A program made the position numbers and the translations under genes. Of a DNA stretch of 64,000 nucleotides, positions 49,655 to 59,391 are shown piece by piece. The notes below the pieces were generated by a model. That model had not been told where the DNA came from and made no database searches. It saw only the letters and a list, made by a program, of their open reading frames with translations. This DNA is from Candidatus Hodarchaeota archaeon. Lineage in GTDB: Archaea > Asgardarchaeota > Heimdallarchaeia > Hodarchaeales > Hodarchaeaceae. Location: NCBI GenBank assembly GCA_029856365.1, contig JAHQWW010000009.1, positions 1 through 64,000 on the forward strand, read 5' to 3'. Every line of letters begins with the position of its first letter. Position 1 is the stretch's first letter.

Positions 49655-51574
49655 TTGTACTATTCTAGAATTATTTCTATGGCCCTATTATTAGTAATCA
49701 TCGGAACAGGATGGTCAATGTTATCGACATTGCTAGCTATTGACGAGGTGAGTACAAATTCCCAACAATTCCAAATTAATATAGATAACTCCCCTCAAAA
49801 TGACTTTAAAATTAATCCACAAACTTTGATTCAATCGAAAATTCAGCCAAGTAAGATTGAAACATCTGATCAAAGCACTTCCCCACCAAAAAACCAAGTT
49901 GCTGAAGCTGAAGAAGATATAAGACTCTTCTGGGTTCTAAACCTAGATGAGTGGGAATATGAAGAAATTAATGCCACTTTAATATTAGAAGGAGCACACT
50001 CCCTGATTTATACAGACCTCACTGTAGATACGAAACTTAATAATGTTATCATTGCAATAAATGAGTCATTTGAAACCAATATTTTTCCAACAATTACCGA
50101 TGTTTTCGGTCCTCCTCCAGATATCGATAAAAATGGGAAAATTATCATTTTAATTTTTGACATAATTGATGGCCAGAGCTCTACTTCCTTCGTTGCAGGC
50201 TTCTTTGATCCACGTCACGAATATGAAGATCTCAAGAATAGCGAAGAAGCAGAGATAATCAATATTGATGGCAATGAGGGTCTTGACCAGCTCGCTGATG
50301 GTCATTTTGAAACAATAGCTCATGAATTTCAACATATGATACACTTTCGTAATGATATCAATGAGAACATTTGGTTGGATGAAGCAGCATCCATGCTTGC
50401 AGAGTATCTTATAGGAAAGGATCCTTTTAGTGGAAATAATCCCTATAAACCAGCATTCGAATCAAATCCTGATGTCTCTCTGACTTATTGGGATTATTAC
50501 GGCACTCCAGGGCTTGTATTCGCCAATTATGGGGCAGCTTACGCGTTTTTCCTTTATCTTCTCGAACATTATGGTGGTTCTAGCATCATTGAAAATATTG
50601 TCAAGAATCGTAATAATAGCATCCTTAGTGTTGAACAAAGCCTCAATAAGGAGGGATATCCTGTAGAATTCAAAGAAGTGTTCCGAAATTGGACAATAGC
50701 AAATTATCTCAATGATATCTCTTTTGCCAATGGAAGCTACGGATATAAATCTATCTCTCTTGAAATGAAGCTTGATAATTACCCTTATACACAATCATCC
50801 ATTCCTCGAACAGAGAATTCCGTTCCGTACTGGAGTACTGATTATATAATGTTTTCTGATCGCATTGATATTCCCTTTAATTTTGAGTTCCAAGGAGATC
50901 TTAGCTCTGATTTCATGGTCACAGCTATTCTGACTAACCTTACGACTTCAAATACTGAAGTAATTCCAATTGAAATCTCTCCTGATGAATATGGTAATTT
51001 CTCAACAGGAGTCCAAGGTATATCTGCGGACGAAATCGTCCTCGCTATAAGTGCTTACACCCCACTTGATAAAAATGACCACAGTGATGATAATCCTGCA
51101 CCTTCACAGAATTATTGGTTTATGGTCAATCCTAAAGGAATAATCATTTCCCCAGGTAATTTCTCTTTTTCTGATAATAGGCAATATCTTCGACTCTGGA
51201 ATATCAGGGCTTATGACCAGAATGGGGTTTATTGGGATGATGCTGATGGAGCTACTTACAGTATTTTTACTACTTCTAGTAATTATACTGGAATTAGTGG
51301 GAACCTGACTTTCAATTCTGAAGCTAATTTCTGGGAAGTAACAGATATTGATCTATCAACTCTTCCCACAGGTAATACTACCTATCGTATAAAATATCAT
51401 TTCTTCAACTCCACTTGTAGCGGAATTGCTTTCTCTGAGACATTTGAAATTCAAACTAATACAACCCAATCATCTACCAGCACTACAACTGATGTCACTC
51501 CGATTCCAGGATTCATGTTGGTTATTTCTATCTTGACCATAGGTATTCTTATTGGCAATCGAAAGAAAAAATGA
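49655..51574 (+). CDS. Secreted zincin metallopeptidase (M30/immune-inhibitor-like) with PGF-type C-terminal sorting signal
   Basis: Signal peptide, DIDKNGKI, AHEFQHMI..WLDEA, Thr-rich linker, PGF + TM + basic tail. Confidence 0.85.
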   Translation: MYYSRIISMALLLVIIGTGWSMLSTLLAIDEVSTNSQQFQINIDNSPQNDFKINPQTLIQSKIQPSKIETSDQSTSPPKNQVAEAEEDIRLFWVLNLDEWEYEEINATLILEGAHSLIYTDLTVDTKLNNVIIAINESFETNIFPTITDVFGPPPDIDKNGKIIILIFDIIDGQSSTSFVAGFFDPRHEYEDLKNSEEAEIINIDGNEGLDQLADGHFETIAHEFQHMIHFRNDINENIWLDEAASMLAEYLIGKDPFSGNNPYKPAFESNPDVSLTYWDYYGTPGLVFANYGAAYAFFLYLLEHYGGSSIIENIVKNRNNSILSVEQSLNKEGYPVEFKEVFRNWTIANYLNDISFANGSYGYKSISLEMKLDNYPYTQSSIPRTENSVPYWSTDYIMFSDRIDIPFNFEFQGDLSSDFMVTAILTNLTTSNTEVIPIEISPDEYGNFSTGVQGISADEIVLAISAYTPLDKNDHSDDNPAPSQNYWFMVNPKGIIISPGNFSFSDNRQYLRLWNIRAYDQNGVYWDDADGATYSIFTTSSNYTGISGNLTFNSEANFWEVTDIDLSTLPTGNTTYRIKYHFFNSTCSGIAFSETFEIQTNTTQSSTSTTTDVTPIPGFMLVISILTIGILIGNRKKK

Positions 51575-51589
51575 TTAGATTCACTGTTC

Positions 51590-53299
51590 TTATTTTCTAA
51601 AGACAAGAATGCTTTGATGAACAATGCTAGGAATATAGGAAAAAGGATACCCAAAGACATGTAGTGCCTTATCTGGAGAGTACCAAATGATTTCGGTTTC
51701 AAAGTTATAACCAATATCTAACAACACCTTGGAAAGCATTGAAGACAGAAATAGGTATCTCCCCACCTTTGAAGCTTTTCCGTTTTTAACTTCTTCGATA
51801 GTTCGATACATATTACCGATGAATACCACTAAATATTTTCCAGCAATAAGCTTCGGATAACACTGACTAAAAACTGTTTTTAATAAATTGAGCCATTCTT
51901 TAATTGTAAGAATAGAAGCTTGATTGAAACTATGTAAAGGGGAGGGTAATTTGTCTTGTGATTGCTCCCCAGCTTTAGAAAAACGACCTCGTGTTTTTTG
52001 AAGCTTATCCATTGCCCAATAGGGAACATCTGTTAAAATTAGGCTAATACTATCATCACTTACATTTATGTTTACTACTTGTCGTGAATCTCCAATTATG
52101 AATTTTTGTGGTGTTAGGCCGTTATCTTGTGAAACTTGTAAATAGATGGTTTTCCAGCGTTCATTGATATCTATTCCAATAGCTTTTCTCCCCGATATGC
52201 TAGCTCCTAACAGGGTTCCTCCAACACCAGCAAAAGGATCTAATATCACACCTTCTCGACTTTTTGAATATTTTTTAATCAATATTTGAGCCAATTCTGG
52301 AGGTTTCATACCTCCATGTTCACTTCGTAATTTATGATTGAATGAGGGTGGGAAGGATTTGTGTATAATGTGTGTGTCGCCTACTGGAATATTTTTTTCA
52401 AAAAAAAGGGAGGGATCGTTAAGACAATTCTCATTAGAAGATTTCTTTCGAAAAACTAAGAAACGACGAAGCATTCTCTTATAAATTGTCTCTTTTGATG
52501 AATTAGGATCAAACTGAATTCTTTCTGCTTTTAGAACCAATCCCATCTTTTGTAGATTGTGTGTTAAAACTGCTGAAAGAGCAAAATTCACGGGTGGAAA
52601 GCCCCTTTTTTTTGATATTCCTTTAATAAATCCATTAGGAACTGAAACGACAAGATATTTGGATTCCTTCAATTTTTTTGTTGTCTCAGAAAGAATGGTG
52701 CATATCAAGGAACACCAGTGTTTTACGGATCTTTTAGGTGATTTATTAAAATTATTAAGCGTTATAGCAATTTTTTCATTATCTTTTGGCCCCGAAATAT
52801 CCCAGATTGGGATATCAGAAAGAATAAAATCAACGGAATCATTTTTGATTTTTGATAGAACTGGAATTGGATTACCAGGTTTCATTCCTTGCTCTGGGAT
52901 GTTTAGCTTCTTTATCAATTGGTAATATCTTTTTATGAGGGATTGATTATTTTCAATTCCAATACATCTCCTTCTAGGAGGAGGAGTGCATTCATTTGCA
53001 AAGAAGCTTCCAATTAATGTACTACCTATTCCCGCAAAAGGATCTAAGATAGTATCTCCAGGTTTTGAGAAGGTTTCTATGAAGTCTTTACTCAAATCAC
53101 TAGGAATGGGGTTGTAAGTCCTACTTTTTATATTAGATGGCCAGATCAGAGGAAATAATTTAGGAATGATTGTTTTTGTTGAAAAAAGCCATTCTTTTCC
53201 CGTTAAATCATTCAGAGTGTTACGCTTATCATAAATTCCCCTTTCTTGACGATTTTCTTGATAATCTTTCAAAGCGAGTGAAGGCAAAATTACTTTCAT
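51590..53299 (-). CDS. Tandem two-domain SAM-dependent amino-methyltransferase (DNA N4/N6 or Trm11-like)
   Basis: LNDLTGKEW, DPFAGIGST/SDIPIW and DPFAGVGGT/TDVPYW. Confidence 0.8.
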   Translation of the reverse strand: MKVILPSLALKDYQENRQERGIYDKRNTLNDLTGKEWLFSTKTIIPKLFPLIWPSNIKSRTYNPIPSDLSKDFIETFSKPGDTILDPFAGIGSTLIGSFFANECTPPPRRRCIGIENNQSLIKRYYQLIKKLNIPEQGMKPGNPIPVLSKIKNDSVDFILSDIPIWDISGPKDNEKIAITLNNFNKSPKRSVKHWCSLICTILSETTKKLKESKYLVVSVPNGFIKGISKKRGFPPVNFALSAVLTHNLQKMGLVLKAERIQFDPNSSKETIYKRMLRRFLVFRKKSSNENCLNDPSLFFEKNIPVGDTHIIHKSFPPSFNHKLRSEHGGMKPPELAQILIKKYSKSREGVILDPFAGVGGTLLGASISGRKAIGIDINERWKTIYLQVSQDNGLTPQKFIIGDSRQVVNINVSDDSISLILTDVPYWAMDKLQKTRGRFSKAGEQSQDKLPSPLHSFNQASILTIKEWLNLLKTVFSQCYPKLIAGKYLVVFIGNMYRTIEEVKNGKASKVGRYLFLSSMLSKVLLDIGYNFETEIIWYSPDKALHVFGYPFSYIPSIVHQSILVFRK

Positions 53300-53329
53300 C
53301 CATTATAAGAATTATCTGTGTTATCTACC

Positions 53330-53650
53330 TTAAATTTGCAATAAAATCGCAGAAATGAGCCATAGGACAACTGGTCCACCAAATAGAAGTAATAAACCTA
53401 AGTAAGCAATCATACGAATCCGTACAACACGATTACGACATGGTTTGCAATATATTTTCTTAACAAAATTCCTTTTTTGTCCAACAAACTGTTGAAAGAA
53501 GTTTACAGACCAATCTTCAATATAACAATCAGGACAAAAATACTCATGACACCGTTCACACTCTTTTGTTTCAAAGTTGTTTGAATGATTTACGCATCCA
53601 CGGCCCTTTCTATGTTGTTTCTCTTTTGTTTTCGCCATATAATGTATCAC
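53330..53650 (-). CDS. B-box-like zinc-finger protein with C-terminal TM helix
   Basis: CVNH..CERC..FCPDC..YCKPC followed by a hydrophobic helix. Confidence 0.7.
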   Translation of the reverse strand: MIHYMAKTKEKQHRKGRGCVNHSNNFETKECERCHEYFCPDCYIEDWSVNFFQQFVGQKRNFVKKIYCKPCRNRVVRIRMIAYLGLLLLFGGPVVLWLISAILLQI

Positions 53651-55359
53651 GCTTTGTCTGCACGTTTCTGACGTTTCAATTGCTCTTGATAAAGCTGTCT
53701 AACCGTTTCTATGTTGTCTACATCTTCAATTTCTTTATCAATTCGAATTCTCTTTATTCTTGCAAATCGTAACGCCATGCCTGAGGAATATTTTGATGAT
53801 TCTTGAATATTGTCAAATTCAACTTCTACGACTATTTCTGGTTGAACACTTATTCCATATGGTTCTTGTGATAATTCTAACTCTTGTAATCGTTCGGTTA
53901 ATTGAATGAATTCTTCATCCTTTAATCCTTTGAATGTTTTACCGATCACACAAAATTCATTATTGTCACGTGCAGCTAGATGATAATTTGATAACCATCC
54001 AGTTCGTCTTCCATGTCCCCATTCTGCTCCTACAATAACTAAATCGAGAGTGGGTAAGGTAACTTTAAGTTTTAACCATCCTTTCCCACGTTTCCCAGCT
54101 TGATATTCGGATACTGGGTCTTTAAGCATTAAACCCTCCGAACCATTTAGGATAGCTTCTTGAAGTTGGTTCTGAATATCAACCTTATTTCCTAGGATTT
54201 TATGCTCCATTTTAATTATATTCTTTCGGTCTGGAATTGAAGAATATAATATCTCCTTTCTTTTCATCAGTTGAGTATTTAAAAGAGATTTTCCTTGGTG
54301 TAAAAGGATATCAAAGATGTAATAATAACATGGAATGGATTTGACTGAAATATCGATATCACGTTTTCTCTGAATTCGTGTTGAAAGATCTTGAAAAAAC
54401 ACTGGTTTTCCATCAACGAGTGCTACAACTTCACCATCAAGGATACTTGGAGTTAATTGCTTTCTAAGGTCGCTTGAAATTGAGTCTATGATTTCAGGAA
54501 ACGCGTGTGTGACATCTTCAAGGTTTCTTGAGTAAAGTTTAGACCTATTCTTGCCCACATGGAGCTGTGCACGAAATCCATCAATTTTTGGTTCACAAAC
54601 CAGCCTTTTATAATTATCTAACACCTCATCAATCGATTCAGCCTTTGAAGCTAACATAGAGCGTAATGGATGAAATATACGTGGCTTTAGTAAGTGTAAA
54701 TCAACTGAATGATCTTTAGCTACTTGGGCAACTTCTCCAATGTCACTAAGGACCATGTATGCATATCTGACATCTTTATTGCTACGATTAAAGGCTTCAG
54801 CGATTGCATCTAATAACAAACCTCCCCGAAAACCAGTTCTTGTGTCAGAAGTAATAATTCGAGCAATATATTTTGCCTCTAAGGGGGAAGCATTTCTTAA
54901 TGATTGCGATAATTGGCTTTGCTTTGCTTTTTGCGATCCTTTCCCTTTTAATGAAGCTATTTTTACGAGATGCTTATTTACACCTTCAATTGTAAGTTCT
55001 TTAGTTTCCCTTTGTCCAAAATAGCTGTCAAGAGATTTAGGCTGGGGTGTTCGTTCTAGTAAAGCATATTCAATTAAACTCCCAAAATCTGCTTTTATTC
55101 CATAAAAACCACTCAAATCGTCAGGAGTTCTACTAGTGAGTTGATATATAACATTCATAAAAGAACTCCAACCAAATTGAATTTTATTTTCCGAAGTCTT
55201 TGAAAATGGTTGACCTGTTGCATAGTAACACACGAGAGGTAGTTGAGATTCAGATAATTTTCTTAAAAACGACGCAAAAATTGTCACCTTTTCATTCTTC
55301 TTGCTAGTTGAATCGACTTCCTCCATCACTTTGCAAAAATCTTTGAATTTCAGTGTCAT
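53647..55359 (-). CDS. lig: ATP-dependent DNA ligase
   Basis: EPKIDGFR, DGEVV, FDIL, EGLMLK, WLKLK, LRFARI. Confidence 0.96.
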   Translation of the reverse strand: MTLKFKDFCKVMEEVDSTSKKNEKVTIFASFLRKLSESQLPLVCYYATGQPFSKTSENKIQFGWSSFMNVIYQLTSRTPDDLSGFYGIKADFGSLIEYALLERTPQPKSLDSYFGQRETKELTIEGVNKHLVKIASLKGKGSQKAKQSQLSQSLRNASPLEAKYIARIITSDTRTGFRGGLLLDAIAEAFNRSNKDVRYAYMVLSDIGEVAQVAKDHSVDLHLLKPRIFHPLRSMLASKAESIDEVLDNYKRLVCEPKIDGFRAQLHVGKNRSKLYSRNLEDVTHAFPEIIDSISSDLRKQLTPSILDGEVVALVDGKPVFFQDLSTRIQRKRDIDISVKSIPCYYYIFDILLHQGKSLLNTQLMKRKEILYSSIPDRKNIIKMEHKILGNKVDIQNQLQEAILNGSEGLMLKDPVSEYQAGKRGKGWLKLKVTLPTLDLVIVGAEWGHGRRTGWLSNYHLAARDNNEFCVIGKTFKGLKDEEFIQLTERLQELELSQEPYGISVQPEIVVEVEFDNIQESSKYSSGMALRFARIKRIRIDKEIEDVDNIETVRQLYQEQLKRQKRADKA

Positions 55360-55484
55360 CGTCCTCTAAGACTTCTTATTACCTGTTATTATAATATTAG
55401 AGAGAATTACCTTGAAAATAAATCTTATCTTTCTGAATTAGGTCAAGTGGGAATTATCTAGAGGATAAATCAAAGGCGAATTAA

Positions 55485-56687
55485 ATGAACTTCCGTGAAG
55501 CAACAAACGAAGATCAAGTGGTAATTAGAAAAATAGCACGATATGCTTTTAGTGGTTACAGAAATAAGTATGAAGATCCTAATAGCCCCGAGCCATCTGA
55601 TTTCCCATATTCAGCCAGAGATTATGTAGTTGAGGATTTTAATACCATCATTGCTGTCATAGGAGTAATAGATTTTTCCCAACGTCTTCGAGGAAGTTGG
55701 ATAAAAATGGCAGGGATGACGAGAGTAGCGTGTCGGCCCGAATATCGCCGTCAAGGTCATATTACAAAGTTGTTTCAATTCGTCTTTAAAAAGATTCATG
55801 AACAGAATTTCTTAGTTTCAGCGTTATATCCCTTTGTTTTTAGTTTCTATCAGAATTTAGGATATGGACAAGCAGATTCTCTCCATGTTTATACTATCAA
55901 AAGTTCTGATATAATCCAAGAACCAGTATCAAACCGTGTCATCGTTGAAGACTTCGATCCAAACTATACACGATGTCAACCTCTCTACAAGCGTCTGAGT
56001 CAGCAAATAGATGGGTTAGTCAAAAGACCAGCTAGTGTATGGAAAAATCTTGACAGTTGGGACTGGAAAAAACACGGATTTCAATTTATTTGTCAAGACT
56101 CCCAAGGGAGAGATGTTGGCTATCTGTTGCTACGATTTGAACGAAAAAACCAAGATTATCCTTTTCCTTTCCTCGGAGTAAGAGAGATAGTGTATTTTGA
56201 CTCAGAAACCAAGCAAGCATTCCTGAATTTTCTTGCAAACCACGATTCGCAGAGAGAATATATAAAATTGGTTCCTTTTGAGTTCAATCTGTTACCATAC
56301 CTGAAAAGCCCTCGAATGAAGGAAAATCAAGTAATTGCGAATTCTATGTTTCGAATTATCGATGTTGAACACTTACTACCTCGTTTAAAATATCGAGAGG
56401 ATATTAATGAACGAATTACTATTGATCTTGAGGATCCAGCTACTCAATGTCCTTGGAATAATGGAGTTTTTACCCTGGAAGTTAAAGACGGAAATGGGAA
56501 AATAACAACTCAATCTTCTTCAGATAGTCTTCGAATGGGTATTAAAGCTTTTGGTCAAGTTCTTATTGGATTTCATGGCCCAAAGGAACTCGCTGAAGCA
56601 GGCCAAATACAGGGTTCCACTCAATCCATAGATGTTTTGGCTAGAATATTCCCCAAACAAACAACCTCTTTACGTGATTTTTTCTGA
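55485..56687 (+). CDS. Eis-family GNAT acetyltransferase (GNAT-GNAT-SCP2)
   Basis: VACRPEYRRQG, SALYPF..FY..LGY, MFRIIDV, PWNNG. Confidence 0.88.
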   Translation: MNFREATNEDQVVIRKIARYAFSGYRNKYEDPNSPEPSDFPYSARDYVVEDFNTIIAVIGVIDFSQRLRGSWIKMAGMTRVACRPEYRRQGHITKLFQFVFKKIHEQNFLVSALYPFVFSFYQNLGYGQADSLHVYTIKSSDIIQEPVSNRVIVEDFDPNYTRCQPLYKRLSQQIDGLVKRPASVWKNLDSWDWKKHGFQFICQDSQGRDVGYLLLRFERKNQDYPFPFLGVREIVYFDSETKQAFLNFLANHDSQREYIKLVPFEFNLLPYLKSPRMKENQVIANSMFRIIDVEHLLPRLKYREDINERITIDLEDPATQCPWNNGVFTLEVKDGNGKITTQSSSDSLRMGIKAFGQVLIGFHGPKELAEAGQIQGSTQSIDVLARIFPKQTTSLRDFF

Positions 56688-56793
56688 GTTAAATACCTCA
56701 GATAAAAAGCCTCTATCAATGGTTGAGTATATGTAAAACTAACTGATTAATTTCTGAAACAATTTTTAGCCACAACGAGACAAGGATGAAGTT

Positions 56794-58083
56794 TTACCTG
56801 TCTTTAAAGGCAATTTCAAATTGTTTAGCGAACATCCCCATTACAATTTTGGCTTTAGCCAATCTACCGATCTCTGATTGAACTTCTGGATCTAAGCCTG
56901 CTGGAGAACTATTTTCCCAAGGGGTACCTGGAAGAGGCATAAAGTAATGGAGTCTTACACGAGCTTTTTTTCCAAGGTCTCGAATTAAAGTTAATGTTTG
57001 CCACTGTTCATCGATGGTTTCAGAGGGCACTCCAAGTAAGAAGTCAAATACAGGTGTGAGGCCTTGGGAGATCAGTAAATCTAATGCTTGCAGCCCATCT
57101 GCAACAGAATGGCCTCTACGCATTTCATAAAGGACACGATCAGAGCCACTTTGAAATCCAACTGATACTTGACGATTAGTTACCTCATCAAATAATGATA
57201 TTGTTTTATTTGTTATATACTCGGGTCTAACCTCTGAAGGAAAAGTTCCAAAAAAGATTCGTATATTATATTGTGAAAGTCGCTTTAAGAGCTTAGTCAG
57301 GGCTTCATAATTTGGTTGACCACGTTTTTTCTCCATGTATCCAAGTGAATTGGGTGCAATAAAGCGAATATCAATGTTTTTTTTCAATGGTTTAAAATGT
57401 TGAATATAGTGCTCTACAATCTTAGTAATAGTATCGATCGATCGAAACCGAGGATTACCATACACATAGGGCACTTGACAAAACCGACAGCGAAAGGAAC
57501 ATCCCCGCATTAACTCAATGGGAGGATGTAGCGGGAAATTTGTGTTATCAGAGTACGGGCAATGATCATTTAGATTTATCGGATCTCGTGAGGGAGTTTG
57601 GACTAACTCTCCTCCATCATTCAGAAATGCGATTCCAGGTAAAGATGTTATATTTTTCTGTTGAAATCCAGTGTTCATTAATGTACGTATGAATTCAGGA
57701 AAAGCTATTTCCCCCTCACCTTTTATCACATAATTTGCTCCCATTTCTAAGATTGTTTGAGGATCTCCAGAGGCATGGAACCCACCAATTACTGTGATCA
57801 ACTTTGATGACGAGATCTTCTCGTTAATATGTGATAACCGATCCTTTAGCGAACTAAGAGTTGTGATTCGTGCTGATTCTCCATAAATTACATGAAGTCC
57901 AAGATCTAATTTTGTATGAATTTGAGTGATGGGATCTCCCTTAATAATCTCATAAGGAAGCCTATGTTGCTGAAGACTAGAAACCAAAGGTCCAAGTGCA
58001 TACCACGTGGTTTTATCCCAATATAACAGAATCATACATTTACTGGGAGATTGTTGCATGAAGACAGAATACCTCAATGACAA
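56794..58083 (-). CDS. B12-binding-domain radical SAM protein
   Basis: GGFHASG..GEGE, RGCSFRCRFC, FPSEVRPE, FMPLPGTP. Confidence 0.9.
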   Translation of the reverse strand: MSLRYSVFMQQSPSKCMILLYWDKTTWYALGPLVSSLQQHRLPYEIIKGDPITQIHTKLDLGLHVIYGESARITTLSSLKDRLSHINEKISSSKLITVIGGFHASGDPQTILEMGANYVIKGEGEIAFPEFIRTLMNTGFQQKNITSLPGIAFLNDGGELVQTPSRDPINLNDHCPYSDNTNFPLHPPIELMRGCSFRCRFCQVPYVYGNPRFRSIDTITKIVEHYIQHFKPLKKNIDIRFIAPNSLGYMEKKRGQPNYEALTKLLKRLSQYNIRIFFGTFPSEVRPEYITNKTISLFDEVTNRQVSVGFQSGSDRVLYEMRRGHSVADGLQALDLLISQGLTPVFDFLLGVPSETIDEQWQTLTLIRDLGKKARVRLHYFMPLPGTPWENSSPAGLDPEVQSEIGRLAKAKIVMGMFAKQFEIAFKDR

Positions 58084-58291
58084 GAATTCATGTATCTCTG
58101 CATCAAGACTTCATTTATAAGTAATATTAGGTGAATAAAAGAAAAATACAATCATCACATAATAATAGCAAATCAAAAAAATCACAATGAATTTTAAAAA
58201 AAATTGGTAGTTCGGTCTTCATGTGAGTTTTTGGGGAAAAAACTACACAAACCAAATTACATTGGTTTTTAATGAATAATACCTATTCATT

Positions 58292-58426
58292 CCCTTGGTA
58301 GCTCAGCCTGGCAAGAGCCCCCGGCTGTAGGCGCAGATGCCACACCTTGGATGATCCGATGAAAAGGTTGTTAGTTGGGCTTTAGCAGAAACCGGGTTGT
58401 CCCGTGTTCAAATCACGGCCAAGGGA
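58292..58426 (+). tRNA. trnY: tRNA-Tyr(GTA) with 60-nt intron at 37/38 (58331-58390)
   Basis: Acceptor CCCTTGG/CCAAGGG (C1:G72, A73); D-arm GCTC/GAGC; anticodon stem CCCGG/CCGGG with CT-GTA-G|A; T-arm CCGTG-TTCAAAT-CACGG; BHB-like junction (CUGU/GCAG helix, AGG and AAA bulges). Confidence 0.95.
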
Positions 58427-58441
58427 TTTTACATATTCCAA

Positions 58442-58843
58442 TTACTCTTCTGAAGAAAGCTCAAGCAAGCTTTCGATCTTGTCGAGCCGTGTGTGGAGTT
58501 TTTGAAGCGAGCTTATGATAATGGTTAATTTTCGATCTAATTCCGTGGCTTCCCCCTCTAGTTCAAATTCTTGTGGTATTAGATCCTTTCCTTCACCTAA
58601 ACCTGCTTGTTTATAGAGATCTCCTGCTACTTGAATTAAGGCTGCTTCAGTGATTTGATGTTCAATATCAGCTTCAGTACAGGCTTGATTAAGGGCACTT
58701 TGAATTGAGGATTCAGTTAAAGTTCCTGCAATGTCCACAGTTGTGATGGAATCACCACGAAAAATCAGCTCTACAACATTGGCTCCCGATTTTTTTGACA
58801 AACGGGCACGAAAAGCCATCCCAGGTATTGAAACTTCAGGCAT
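58442..58843 (-). CDS. Hypothetical protein with C-terminal coiled coil
   Basis: 133 aa; SD GAGG; heptad tail LDRKL..LQKL..RLDKI. Confidence 0.75.
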   Translation of the reverse strand: MPEVSIPGMAFRARLSKKSGANVVELIFRGDSITTVDIAGTLTESSIQSALNQACTEADIEHQITEAALIQVAGDLYKQAGLGEGKDLIPQEFELEGEATELDRKLTIIISSLQKLHTRLDKIESLLELSSEE

Positions 58844-59024
58844 TCACAATTTCCTCTTTAATTTAGTTTTTATCATTGGACTGAATAGATTAAGCTTTAT
58901 GTCTTAATGATATCTTTTAAGTCTAGAGGAATGACTCAATCATTATTCTACTCTAACTTGCGAAGAAAACAGCCACAAAGCTTTTACAACCAGAAGCTTT
59001 ACGAAAAAGTCGCTTATTACACCA

Positions 59025-59381
59025 TTAACCAAACAGATCCCGAAAACCCCGTCGTACTGAATCTAGAAATGAAAGCCCTTGGAGCATTAATCGTTGTACT
59101 TCTAGAAGATAACGTCTACGCGCTAATGTTTCTTGAAAAACGAAATAAGATACAATGAAATCTGCAGCTGCTGCCACTCCAACTAATAAACGCACAACAC
59201 TAAGGTCTTCACTTGTATCAAGTAGAAAAAGAATGATTGATACCCCTAGCATAACTACTCCTGCAAAAACTGCTAAAATTGTTATGAATAACCAGATGTG
59301 ATATTGACGTTCTAACTGGGCTGCCTCTCCACGTCCTGAATCGAGAATTTTTCGAATACTGGGTGGTATTGCTGATGTGAT
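59025..59381 (-). CDS. Small membrane protein (probable non-ATG start)
   Basis: The track ORF (59252) begins mid-helix; the frame is open upstream to an ATC at 59381, preceded by GAGGG. Confidence 0.55.
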   Translation of the reverse strand: MTSAIPPSIRKILDSGRGEAAQLERQYHIWLFITILAVFAGVVMLGVSIILFLLDTSEDLSVVRLLVGVAAAADFIVSYFVFQETLARRRYLLEVQRLMLQGLSFLDSVRRGFRDLFG

Positions 59382-59391
59382 GGTAAATCCC

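Noticed and set aside
58907-59158. 83-aa plus-strand ORF
   Set aside because: It overlaps the better-supported minus-strand membrane protein and has no recognisable motif.
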